From Rhynchopus sp. YZ270_cl-10 (Eukaryota): a DNA stretch of 64,000 nt. Every line of letters starts with the position of its first letter. Positions within the stretch are counted from its first letter, which is position 1. The notes beneath the pieces are model-generated. The model did not search any database. It saw nothing but the letters and a program-made list of their open reading frames with translations, and was not told the DNA's origin. Where the stretch lies: the NCBI GenBank assembly GCA_964035575.1, contig OZ037847.1:930001-994000 (forward strand), given 5' to 3'. Of the stretch, positions 41,656 through 52,485 are shown in pieces. The position numbers were made by a program, and so were the translations under genes.

Positions 41656-44600
41656 ATGTCTGACCCTGAGGTGGACGAACCGGAGCTGTCTGTGGAGGAA
41701 ACACTGATGCGGTTGGAGATGGAGATCGAGATGTACCATAGTGAGAATGGGGAGACGACGCAGTCGGGTGAATGCGAGGAACGTGTCAAACAGTACTTGA
41801 AGCTTGCGTTCAAGGTGTGCACTCCGTTGACACAGCAACGCCGCCATGGTCGTGTATTAGATCTCATCAACAGAATGGAGGAGCTGACTGCAGCCTCTAC
41901 GGGCTACTTTGTATCCCAAACACTGCGTACAAGATGGCGTGATAAAGTCTTCGCTTTACTCCGCAGATTCGAAAACAAACGTGCCCGCGCCTCCTTCTCA
42001 CGCAGCTGGAGTCCCGAAGAGAATGACACTGGGTTAGACTATCTCACCAACCCTCCCGTCGTTTTCAAACACGCTACTCCATCATTTTACGCAAAGTACA
42101 CCAAAACATATGAAACGCCAGCTCCGAAGCCTCCGTTGGAACCACCACCACCGCCGCCTCCACCGCTACCACCAGCTCCGCTAATGGAGGCACCAACAGA
42201 GGCACCACCGGCATCGCCGTACGAACCCACCACACCAGCTGTGGAGCAAACCATGCAGGAAGGTGTGCCACCCAATGCGGAAGGTGCGGAAGGCTACACC
42301 TTCAAGCCAATGGAGGTGCCGGGGACAATACATAAACCATTGCCGATTGTGCCGCAGTCGCCGAAAATGGTGGATTGTGAGTCGCTGGGAAGCTCCGGAA
42401 GCCGTGCCAGCGCTTTGAGGGAGTTGATGGAGTTGTACGACATGCCCGACTGCATTGAGAGTGACGGTCTCAGCAGTGTCACAGAAAAGAAGGCAAAACA
42501 TAAAAGGGCAAAGAAAAAGAAGAAGAAGAAGGCCCCCTCACACAAAACCTCTGAGCACATCGATGACGACCACGAGAAATTCTTTACTGGGAGATCTGGT
42601 ATTCTTGGCCAACCGAAGATTCCACGACAAGCATCGCATCACTCTCAGCAGCGTGGTGTATTGCAACGCGCGCATTTCAAATTAAATCGCAAACCCAAAC
42701 AGAAGGAGGACCGTTTCAAGCATCCGAGCCCTCCTAAACAGACAAAACTACAGCCACAAAAACCGACACAAAAACAACCACAAAAACCTACACATCCAAA
42801 CAGACGTCCTCAGCCCCAAGCCGAACCAGAAAAACCACCACAGAAGAAGTCCGGAAAGAAGAAAAAGCCTATCAACCCTTTGTACAAAAACAATGAAACG
42901 ATTCCGAGCAGTTTTGAGTCATTGCTGCCGTCCATCGATGAGGAGGTAGGGGAGGTTCGAAGGTCGAGCCAGCAGCTTGCGTTGACCGCAGACTCATTAC
43001 GCATGCAGGACCGTTTCCTCGAGGTGCAAGGGGTAAAGAAGCGCGTCGTTCTGGACACACTTAAGTTCGTCGAGCCCCCCTCCGCGGATGACGTCGTTAC
43101 CACAGCACACTCCACCTTCTTCAGCAGTGCAGTGCACGAATACTACGACGAACCTCACATCCCTCCCATTCCTCATCTAAAAGGAAACTTTCCAACAAAG
43201 GTTAAAGCATATCTGAGGCATCAGCACATCCAAAACGATATTTATGTGAAAAGCGAACAGCCGAAGAAAAAGAAGAAAAAGAAGCCTCCAAAAAGGGCGC
43301 ATTCAGTGCTGAAAGGGTTTGAAGAGCATACCACTGCGGCGCCGAAGGAGGAGAGGGTATCACTGCCGGATATGGTAGGGTTTCTTGGTGGGGGAGGGGA
43401 GATGGAGGTGACAAATGATAGGATGTTTGGTTTGGAGGAGGAAAAGCTTCCGACAAAGACGAAATCGCTTACAACACGCACCAAACAGAAGGGAGGCAAG
43501 ACAGTCCACACACCTGCCCCTCCACCCCACGACGTCCACAGCCCCACAAGCACCGCACCCGACAGAGTAGAAGACCTTCTCCTCCTCCCCATAGCTGAAG
43601 ATGACCAACGTAGCACTGCTCTTGAAGTAATCAACGCTCTTTTAACTGCCGATAGCAATCACAAAAAGGCGAATATAGAAAACAAAATGTCTCTCTTTCA
43701 GGTTATAGGCCAAGCGCAAGAATTGAAACCCCCAGAGATAGAGAAAGAAGAGGATGAAGAAAAAGAGCGAGAAAAGGAGGAGAAGGAGAAGGAAAGGGAA
43801 AGGGAAAAGGAATTGGAGCGGGAAAGGGAGGAGAAGGAGAAGGTAGAGGAGCAGCCGGTTGAGTCTGCACCGGATGCGTTGTTTGATGGGTTCAGCTTTG
43901 ACGGAGAGGATATGTTTAGTGGCGAAAAGGAGGATCTGTTAGTTGACGATGGTTCCGACACTACAAGCGATGCCCCATCTGACCCTCCTCCTATCACCGC
44001 CGTCAACGCTACCCCTACACCAGACGAAGCAGCGGAAGAAGAAGAAGAAGAGGAAGAAGAAGAGGAAGAAGAAGAACCCGAGACACCTGCAGTCGAAGAG
44101 GTGGAAGAAGAAGGAGAAAGAGAAGGGGAAGGAGAAGGAGAAGGAGACGTGGCTTCGGTTGAGGGCAGTCTCGTAGGGTCAGGTGGTAGTGAACAGGAAG
44201 AAGAAAGGGAGGAGAATAAAACACAAACTGCGGCAGATGACGGCGAGACAATCGCATCGTTGCAGCCGAGCATCACCATTGAACGGGGGGAGGAAGAGGA
44301 GCCAGAGGAGCGAAGCGAAGCTGGTACTCCACAGGATGGGTCAGAAACGGGGAACGAGACAGAGGATGGCGGGTTTTCGTGTAGGGAAACGCAGAGGAAT
44401 GACAGCCAGACTACCTTGGGTGAGTGGGATGCCCTCGGAGATGTTCCTATTACCCCAAGCCGGTCTGCTTTTAGAAATAGCTTTTCGTTTCCAACACGGC
44501 GTGTCAGTATATTAGAAGCTACACCGCTTGAGATGGCGATGTCCCCTGTAACGTTACGACACCGAGCTACCATTGTCCTCAACGATGACGAAATGCTTGC

Positions 44601-45297
44601 AGAAAGCACGACACTTTCCCCCTCCGATGACGTATTGGTTGGCTCCATAGTCGTTGCAAAGGGAAATCTTTTTGACGATTCTCTCATTTCTTCACCACAG
44701 GATGATCATGACACCATCAAAGCGCCAACATCCACACCCCCTGAAGCCATGCTCTGCACCCAGGCCGGCCAAGAGACGTCACCCACTCTCCAATACACCA
44801 AAAGCGAAGCAGAAATACGTCTTCAAAACAAAGTTGATACCCTCTGTGTAAAGCTCTGTGGGGACACTATAGTTGAAGAGAGTACAAGCCAGGTTTTGGT
44901 GGGGTGGGTTGAACAGAGAGCGTTTCTGACAAAATTGGAGCAAACCGAGGTGTCTCTTGGGAAGCACCATCAGGTTATCAACCTTACGATGCACAACAAC
45001 GCCAAGGTCGTGCAGAGGGCGTGGCGGAGGTGTCTTCAGGAACGGAAGGACCGTGTGTGCAGCTTAAAGGAGGATATGGCAACTCTCTTTGCTGCGAGAG
45101 GTGTGTTCCCGTTTGCGCAGAAGCAAGCCGCCGCCCCAACAGACGCACACCACCACATCACACCCACCCCCTGGAACAAAATACTGACCCCCTTCCCAGA
45201 GCTGCACATCACAAAGATGATTGGGGTCCCAGACGAAGTGCTCAATCATCTTCGGCGGACAAACTTCAGCAGCACCGCACTGCCGGTGTTAGGGTGA
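41656..45297 (+). CDS. Large low-complexity (Pro/Lys/Glu-rich) protein with an IQ-like motif
   Basis: Uninterrupted 1213-aa ORF; AKVVQRAWRRCLQER near the C-terminus. Confidence 0.85.
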   Translation: MSDPEVDEPELSVEETLMRLEMEIEMYHSENGETTQSGECEERVKQYLKLAFKVCTPLTQQRRHGRVLDLINRMEELTAASTGYFVSQTLRTRWRDKVFALLRRFENKRARASFSRSWSPEENDTGLDYLTNPPVVFKHATPSFYAKYTKTYETPAPKPPLEPPPPPPPPLPPAPLMEAPTEAPPASPYEPTTPAVEQTMQEGVPPNAEGAEGYTFKPMEVPGTIHKPLPIVPQSPKMVDCESLGSSGSRASALRELMELYDMPDCIESDGLSSVTEKKAKHKRAKKKKKKKAPSHKTSEHIDDDHEKFFTGRSGILGQPKIPRQASHHSQQRGVLQRAHFKLNRKPKQKEDRFKHPSPPKQTKLQPQKPTQKQPQKPTHPNRRPQPQAEPEKPPQKKSGKKKKPINPLYKNNETIPSSFESLLPSIDEEVGEVRRSSQQLALTADSLRMQDRFLEVQGVKKRVVLDTLKFVEPPSADDVVTTAHSTFFSSAVHEYYDEPHIPPIPHLKGNFPTKVKAYLRHQHIQNDIYVKSEQPKKKKKKKPPKRAHSVLKGFEEHTTAAPKEERVSLPDMVGFLGGGGEMEVTNDRMFGLEEEKLPTKTKSLTTRTKQKGGKTVHTPAPPPHDVHSPTSTAPDRVEDLLLLPIAEDDQRSTALEVINALLTADSNHKKANIENKMSLFQVIGQAQELKPPEIEKEEDEEKEREKEEKEKEREREKELEREREEKEKVEEQPVESAPDALFDGFSFDGEDMFSGEKEDLLVDDGSDTTSDAPSDPPPITAVNATPTPDEAAEEEEEEEEEEEEEEPETPAVEEVEEEGEREGEGEGEGDVASVEGSLVGSGGSEQEEEREENKTQTAADDGETIASLQPSITIERGEEEEPEERSEAGTPQDGSETGNETEDGGFSCRETQRNDSQTTLGEWDALGDVPITPSRSAFRNSFSFPTRRVSILEATPLEMAMSPVTLRHRATIVLNDDEMLAESTTLSPSDDVLVGSIVVAKGNLFDDSLISSPQDDHDTIKAPTSTPPEAMLCTQAGQETSPTLQYTKSEAEIRLQNKVDTLCVKLCGDTIVEESTSQVLVGWVEQRAFLTKLEQTEVSLGKHHQVINLTMHNNAKVVQRAWRRCLQERKDRVCSLKEDMATLFAARGVFPFAQKQAAAPTDAHHHITPTPWNKILTPFPELHITKMIGVPDEVLNHLRRTNFSSTALPVLG

Positions 45298-46090
45298 CCT
45301 CCACTCGAAGGGGGGTTGTGTTTGCAGGGAGGGTACTTCTGCTTTCATCTGGGCCTGTCATCGTGTGCCTGCATCAACACTTATTCAGTTTTTGTGACAA
45401 CTTCTGGATAAGAAAATGCATTTTTTGACCTTTTTTTTTTGCTAACCCTTCGGATAAAAGCAGATTGGCATTCCTGTCACATCTGTTGTTCGTGAGATAT
45501 CTGTGATTTCACTACATAGATATTTGCTTTTAACCCCCACTGCATACCATTTACTTCCATACACTATTTACTAAGCCCTAATATAGTATGACAAGTCTTG
45601 GGCACTTCACGAGCAACAAACTTGTACTCAATACGTATTTTGACATCTGGGTGGGGTCGGTGTATCCCAGCACCTGAAATTCCCTTGCTACATCACGCGT
45701 CGGCGTTCTCAAGGAGTGCATTCGCCTTCTGAAGAACTTTATTCGGGTGACGAGTTTGTTCACCTTCCGCCGCTCTTCGATGTACGTAAAGGACCGTCCT
45801 CTTCTGCCCTGCTTTCGCAGCTAGCTGCGTCTGTTTAGTAGCTTCTGGTTCATCTGTCATCTCAGCAGCTTCTGGATCATCATCACTTGAATTGTCACTT
45901 CTGTCGATGCTTTCCTGCAGAACCTCTGACACTCTCGCGGTGCACTTCCATCTGGTAGTCATACCCTCCTGTTAGGCGACCGCAAAAGTGGCGGCAAGTA
46001 CGGTAGGGAGCACAGACATTTTATTGTGGGATTAATTCCTTTTGATGTGTGCATTGAGTTATGAGTGGGAAGGGGGGATTGTGGGAGTTA

Positions 46091-48746
46091 CACCATGGAC
46101 TCGTAATGACATTACGTGACGAGGGACGAGGGAAATTACGTGGGAAATTACGCGCGCAATGACGTCGTCACGACGCGGGCACCCCCTCGTAATGACGACG
46201 TCATGACGTGAGGTTTCCCTCGTCACGACGACGGCATTACGACGTCATGACGAGGGGTGCCCTCGTAATTACGAGGGCACCCCTCGTAATTACGAGGGGT
46301 GCTCCCGTGGTCATTGTCTGGCTATTGCCTCCCAGGGAAAGGGACTCTCGATTTTTTTTTTTTTTGGCCCCTATATAGCAGGGCCTTTTCTAAGTCCATG
46401 GGCCCATGGCACCCCTCCGAAAACACACTTTTTTTCTGTACAAATGCCACACGTAAAAAAAATATTTTTTCTGTACAAATGCCACAGGCAAAATATTTTT
46501 TCTGGACTTTTGCCACATGGGAGGTGGGGGGTGGGGGGCGGAGCCCCCACCCACCGGCCCCCCAAAAAAAATTCTTTAAAAAAAAAGGAAAAAAAAGAAG
46601 AAACACACAGGGTTTTATCTCCTTATATGTTAGTGGTCCCTAGACCGGGTAAAATAAAAAAAAAAATATTTACCCGGTCTGCAGTGTTTTTTCTGGAGGG
46701 GGTGCGGGGGTGCGCGCGCACCCCCGTCAGACTTTTTTGAGATTTCGAGGGGGTGCGCGCACCCCCTAGGCAGAGTGGTCGGGGGGTGGGGGACCCACCC
46801 CCCTACCCCTTCACCTTCCCCATCATGCTCTCGCGAGCCTCACCAGGAAGTAAGGAGTCGGCGTTTCCATAGCTGCAAACATAACTGTTTTGCGTCCCAG
46901 GTGCTGGAAGTATAGCTCTTCTCTGTTTGGCAGTAAAAATGTGCAATTTTAAGCGCAATTTTTTGAAACGTTGCGTACCGTGGCTTCGCCAGAAACTTTC
47001 ATTTTAGATAATTACCAACGAAAGTGCCATTTTATGTCATCATTTCTTAGAAATGTTGCGTACCGTGGCTTCGCCAGGAACCTTTGGGTGCCATGACCGC
47101 CGTTTCTTTTGTAAATGTTCTGAGGTTACTGGTACTTCGTGCACCACGTGTGTCTAGTGCAAATATCAATGAAGTGCCGAACTCCGCAGTTGGATAACTG
47201 AGGAATTCCCATATTCCGCCGGAGGCCCCCAACTTGAGCTGGGTTGGGGACCCGGGTTCGACCGAGTTTTGACCGAGTTTCAGCGAAAACCCCCAAAACC
47301 TTTTTAATCCCCTGTTGCATGGTCAACCGCGGGGAAAAAAATATACGCACTTTTTTGCCCTGTGCACCCCCGTCAGCCAAAACCTCCAAATCCTAGAAAA
47401 AACACTGCGGTCTGGGAAAAAAAAAAAAAATAACCACCCGGCCAGGCCAAAAAAAACCCAAAATGATATATCTTGGGGGTACCTCACACAAACCTCTAAG
47501 AGTGACCAGAACTGGCCTCATGAACAAAGTGACCCCGTCACAGCCAGAACGCGACCCAATTGGTCAAACGCCGAAGGAAAAGGAAGCATGCAGCATGGCG
47601 AAAGGAAAAAAGTAGCGTACAGTGCGCCTGCGGCGCAAGATTGCAAGCCACCCATGACATAGTTTGGCTGTAAAATGTGCAATTTTAAGCACAATATTTT
47701 GAAATGTTGCGTACCGTGGCTTCGCCAAAACTTTCGTTCAGCAAAATATGGAAGTAACATTTACGGGAACTGACGATAATGACCAACGACAGTGCCATTT
47801 GATGTCAACATTTTTTTAGAAATGTTGCGTACCGTGGCTTCGCCAGGAATCAGTTCTGTTTCGTATTTGCGTTAATTAGTCTTGGTTTCCCATCCCCTCC
47901 CTCCCTAGTTCATACGCAAGGGCATCTTCCCTTTCTGTGCACCGCTTAGTGGTGTCCTTACGTCACTTTTGACCATACTTTTCTTTTCCTCACCCCCACC
48001 CCTTTGCTTTAACTTTGCTTGCACACCCCGACCCACCCGGAGAGGCCTGGGGACGGGATAGTTCACAACCGCCCCTTCTCCTATTTGACTCATTTTTCCC
48101 CTTCTTCAACCCCCACCCCCGAAAAACCCCTCTCAAAAATATGAGGGGAGATGCCCCGCCAACGCACCGACCGGAAAGCTCGGAATGGGTTTTGAAAATA
48201 TGCGGGGAGATGCCCCGCCAACGTACCGACCGGAAAGCTCGGAATAGGTTTCCGGGGGTTTTTTACGTGTGGCATTTGTACAGAAAAAAGTCATTGGCAC
48301 CTCGGCCAAAATCGGGGTTTTTGGCTCAACTTAGAGCCACCCCTGCTATATAGGGCTAATTTCGACGATTTGAGGCCATTAAAAACAAAATTTGGCACTT
48401 TTAAGCATCTGTGGGGGTCTAATGACCGTATTTTGGCTGAAATTTGACTTGACATTTTTTTTCACCATTTGGTCAATCTGAGGTTTTCTTTGGATTTTTT
48501 GGGCCACTTTATGACCTACCACGCCCGATTTTTGAAAAAAAAAATTTTTTTTTATTGGTCAAAAATCGCCTTGTCGTGGGTGCCCACGTCATGACGACGT
48601 CGTGACGTGGTAATTACGAGGGGGTGCCCTCGTAATTACCTCGTCATGACGAGGGCACCCCCTCGTAATTACGAGGGGGTGCCCTCGTCAAGGCACTCGT
48701 AATTACCTCGTCATGACGCGCGTAATGTCATTACGAGTCCATGGTG
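46091..48746. mobile_element. Non-autonomous TIR DNA transposon (TA-flanked, Tc1/mariner-like) with nested foldback and repeats
   Basis: Perfect 26-bp TIR CACCATGGACTCGTAATGACATTACG at 46091-46116 and 48721-48746, TA on both sides; subterminal CTCGTAATTACGAG palindromes; inner inverted pairs ~46368-46461 / ~48259-48356. Confidence 0.88.
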
Positions 48747-48978
48747 TAGTAGTAAATGGTATGCAGCCAAGGGATATATTTCTTTTTTTTCTCTGACGCC
48801 CCTTTTAAGTGCACACAACGGCCATCAGAGAAACCTATGTGAACCTTTGTCCCTTCACCTCCCCCTTCCCACCTTCCTCAGACTCCATTGCCTTTCTCTA
48901 CCCCCTTTCAGAGCGGACATTCCTCACCCCCGACCCCCGACCCCCGACCTTATTATTGTTCCCACAAAAGTGTCTGAC

Positions 48979-49444
48979 TATGGAGGAAGGCCAGATAGGG
49001 TTGACGTCTGCAAACGAGAAGGCATCGTTGCAGGGTAAGGTGAGTGCTGTGCTGCCAAAGCTGCTGCAGATTAAGGGGCGGGAGGTGTATTTGAAGGATT
49101 TGATCGTCGCGATAGCGGGGTTCAGTCAGGAGGACAGAGACGAGCCTGTCACAGAGGAGTTTTTTTCTGACCATAAGAGCTACCGGCACTATCTTGTGAA
49201 GACGGTGTACTTTGTGGATCAGTTTGACTTTCTCTTGACCTGCATTGCGCGTGGTGCATGTGAGGTGCGCAATTCGGCAGGGATATGTACGCTGGTAGAC
49301 CAACTCCTCGCACCCCCCAGCCGACACGACTTTCAATTCCCCCCCGAAGTCATCGCTTACGACACACTCAAACAGGAGGATGAAGAGCGGCGCATTGAGT
49401 CGTTTACACTCCGGAAGGATTGGGTTTCCACTCTTACCCCTTAA
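48979..49444 (+). CDS. Hypothetical protein (possibly a 5' exon of the downstream kinase)
   Basis: Coding-like ORF from ATG 48979 (MEEGQIG...) after a pyrimidine tract. Confidence 0.55.
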
Positions 49445-49662
49445 CGCATTTTTTCTTTCTTCTTTTCTTCAATGCCTGCGTCCGCTGGTGTCTCCACCCT
49501 TATTTTTTTAACCTTAATTTTAGCTCTGACTCCCCATGTGTTGGTTTCTTTCTAGGAACAACATTTGACCAAAATTGCCAAAAAGAAAAGCAAATGTTTT
49601 TTTTTTTTTGTGAAAATAGCAAACACCTCTCCCAAACACCTTACCCCAATGCAGAGCACACA

Positions 49663-51435
49663 ATGTCGCAAACCTCTTCTTTGGACGAAACCGACAACGA
49701 GGAGTCGAGGAACCTGCGAAATACACACCACTGCAGCCAGCTTGATGTGCACTACTATGAGAACACCCTTGCCATTGTGAATGGGTGGTACTTCATCGAT
49801 GTTCTTGGCTCCGGCTCCTTTGGTGATGTGTACCTATTGGAGGATGAGTGTCAGGAGAACCAGATAGCAGTGAAGGTCGTGCAGCGTGCACATCTTGCAC
49901 AGGTCGAGAACGAAATACGTTCCCTGCGTTGCATCGACTGCCCTCTGGTCGTCAAGTACTACGACATGTTCGAGTCCCCGCAGTACCACGAGATCTTCCT
50001 TGCATTGGAGTACATCCCTGGGCAGAGTCTCGGAGTCGTCAGTTCTGTGGGCGAACTTGTTACAAAGAAGATCCAAACACACGCATACCTGCAGACGGTC
50101 GTGCGCGACTGTTGCGAGGGGCTTGCTGCGACGCACATGGCAGGTGTCATGCACCAGGACATCAAACCCGAAAACTTTCTCTACAACGAAGTAACAAAAA
50201 GCGTGATGCTGATCGACTTCGGCTCTGCCTGGACACTCCAACGTGACACCGTGTCAGGTCTCAGAGAAAGCGTCTCGACTATAGACGACGGTGCACGCAG
50301 CACCCTGGGTACACCGCTCTTCCTCTCCCCCGAAGCCATGACTGAAACACGAGACTTTCAGGCTGCCGCACTCGATCTGTGGGCGTTGGGTGTGACCTTC
50401 TACACATTGGTGTATGGGTACGTCCCTTTTGGGCGTGGGTGCAAATCGGAGGTTCAGTTGTACAACACAGCGCCTAAGCAGGAGCTGAAGTTTGGGGAGT
50501 CGTGTGTCGGGACGCATATGTTCAACAACTTCTTGTCGCGCATCCTTCAGAAGGATGTTACACAGCGACTTACGCTGCCAGAGATGCTTTCGCATGACTT
50601 CCTGATGGACACTATCGACGTTGACTCGCTGGTGCAGGACCAGGAGCCTGTCGCGACGGAGCAGGAAGGTCTCAAGGAGGTCATGACAAACCCAGGGCTC
50701 ATCCAGTACAAATCCTTTCTGTGCGAGAACCGCGGCAGCCTCTCGCTTAACACTGCAGGCGGCGTGAAGACAACACACATCTCCATGCGTGTCTGCAAGA
50801 GCCACAAGGAGTTGCCCTCGAAGTCAGCACCGAAGAAGCTCTTTCTCTATAACAACAGCATTGTGCAAATGGCGGACCCCATGTTTGTAACAAGGATCCT
50901 TATCTGCGAGCACCATCTTCATGAGTGCAAAGCGTTGAAGGCCATCATCAAATGTGTGATCAACCCTGATATCAACGTATGCATTGACACATGCCGGTCG
51001 GGGCAGGAGGCTGTCGAGTTGAGTCAGAAGTTTAAGTACCGTCTCATCATCCTGAGCACGCACCTCCTCGACATGCCTGGCCTTGCTGTTGCAAAGGACA
51101 TTCGGAAAAACGAACTGGACGCACTCTCAGGCACCGTTCCCATTGTAGCCGTGGGGAACAGCTTTGGGACAGAGATGGAGATGGCGTTGCAGAGCGGCTG
51201 CTTTCAAACGGTGCTGCAGCATCCGATCAAGGTGGAGCTGCTTATCGACATCTTGCGGTGGCGGGGTATTGCCAGCAGGGAGGGTGAACAGCTGGCGAAC
51301 GAGTTGATATGCATGGGGCAGCAGGAGGGGAAGTACGTGGCGGAGTACTTGAGAAACCAGGACATCATTGGGGGGTTCAGTTTGTCCCCGCGGAACGGCG
51401 AGGATAGGAAGAAGAAAATGCCGTTTACAGAATGA
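49663..51435 (+). CDS. Ser/Thr protein kinase (CAMKK-like) fused to a degenerate response-regulator receiver domain
   Basis: GSGSFG, AVK, HQDIKPEN, DFG, GTPLFLSPE, DLWALG; C-terminal RILICE..SGQEAVE..YRLIILS..DMPGL..IR..PIVAV. Confidence 0.9.
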   Translation: MSQTSSLDETDNEESRNLRNTHHCSQLDVHYYENTLAIVNGWYFIDVLGSGSFGDVYLLEDECQENQIAVKVVQRAHLAQVENEIRSLRCIDCPLVVKYYDMFESPQYHEIFLALEYIPGQSLGVVSSVGELVTKKIQTHAYLQTVVRDCCEGLAATHMAGVMHQDIKPENFLYNEVTKSVMLIDFGSAWTLQRDTVSGLRESVSTIDDGARSTLGTPLFLSPEAMTETRDFQAAALDLWALGVTFYTLVYGYVPFGRGCKSEVQLYNTAPKQELKFGESCVGTHMFNNFLSRILQKDVTQRLTLPEMLSHDFLMDTIDVDSLVQDQEPVATEQEGLKEVMTNPGLIQYKSFLCENRGSLSLNTAGGVKTTHISMRVCKSHKELPSKSAPKKLFLYNNSIVQMADPMFVTRILICEHHLHECKALKAIIKCVINPDINVCIDTCRSGQEAVELSQKFKYRLIILSTHLLDMPGLAVAKDIRKNELDALSGTVPIVAVGNSFGTEMEMALQSGCFQTVLQHPIKVELLIDILRWRGIASREGEQLANELICMGQQEGKYVAEYLRNQDIIGGFSLSPRNGEDRKKKMPFTE

Positions 51436-51884
51436 TTTGCGTTCGCGTTTTGATCGGAATAAATAGTTATTTTTTTTTGGCCGATCACCCCTCGCAAGCC
51501 ATGTATCCTCTCATGCTTTCTATGTCTTGTTTCCGTATACCGCAGTTTCTTTTAAGGTCCTGGGCTGGACCTCAAATTGCATCCGGGGGTCCGTTCCTCC
51601 AGAAACTCTATGAAGGTGTTGACCGCTCGAACCGATGTCTCCTACCTGAGAGATTACAAAACAGGAGGCGAGGAGGGGTACAGTGCACGCGGTAATTATG
51701 TCGTCTTTATTTAGGTCGGTTTTAATGATGTCGTTTTTTGTGTGTCGGAATCGAAAAAAATGACCGATTTTCGATTTTTGGGCTTTATTTATTTATTTAT
51801 TTTCAGTTTGGCCGGGGGCGGAGCCCCCGGCCAAACGGTATGCTACATTTGGAGTGGGAGTGGGTGTAAGTGTGAGTGAGTGTG

Positions 51885-52213
51885 AGGGGGTCTCTTTAGG
51901 ATAAAATATGGGGGGAAAGGTCTTTTTTGGTTAATAGCGCCGAAAAAACGGCAGCGAGGTATGTGGTCATGAGGGCGAGACTGGGGAAACACAACACAAA
52001 ATACTGATGAAGGTGGTGGTGAGATTTCCCCGTAACGTCCTCAACCAACCTTGCCGAAGCAAGTGGTAAGCAATAACAACAAAAGGGCACGTAGCAATAG
52101 AGAAATGGTACGCGCAAAAAAAAAAAAAAAAAAAAAAATATATCCATAGCGAAAAAGGGGGAGGGGGAAAAGACTTTCTTATTCGCGACATATTTTATCC
52201 TAGAGACCCCCCT
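51885..52213. mobile_element. MITE-like element next to a GAGTGTGAGT array
   Basis: Imperfect TIRs AGGGGGTCTCTTTAGGATAAAATATG / CATATTTTATCCTAGAGACCCCCCT. Confidence 0.65.
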
Positions 52214-52247
52214 GGCGTAGCAAAGCTACTTAAACAAGTTTACAGTA

Positions 52248-52485
52248 TGTGAGTGTGAGTGAGTGTGAGTGAGTGTGAGTGAGTGTGAGTGAGTGTGAGT
52301 GAGTGTGAGTGAGTGTGAGTGAGTGTGAGTGAGTGTGAGTGAGTGTGAGTGAGTGTGAGTGAGTGTGAGTGAGTGTGAGTGAGTGTGAGTGAGTGTGAGT
52401 GAGTGTGAGTGAGTGTGAGTGAGTGTGAGTGAGTGTGAGTGAGTGTGAGTGAGTGTGAGTGAGTGTGAGTGAGTGTGAGTGAGTG
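52248..52485. repeat. (GAGTGTGAGT)n 10-bp minisatellite
   Basis: About 23 perfect copies. Confidence 0.97.

Noticed and set aside
45578..45962. Degenerate minus-strand coding fragment
   Set aside because: Short, broken frames with no recognisable motif
49424..49656. Intron joining the 48979 ORF to the kinase
   Set aside because: The best CAG acceptor is out of phase with the GT donor; unresolved without RNA data
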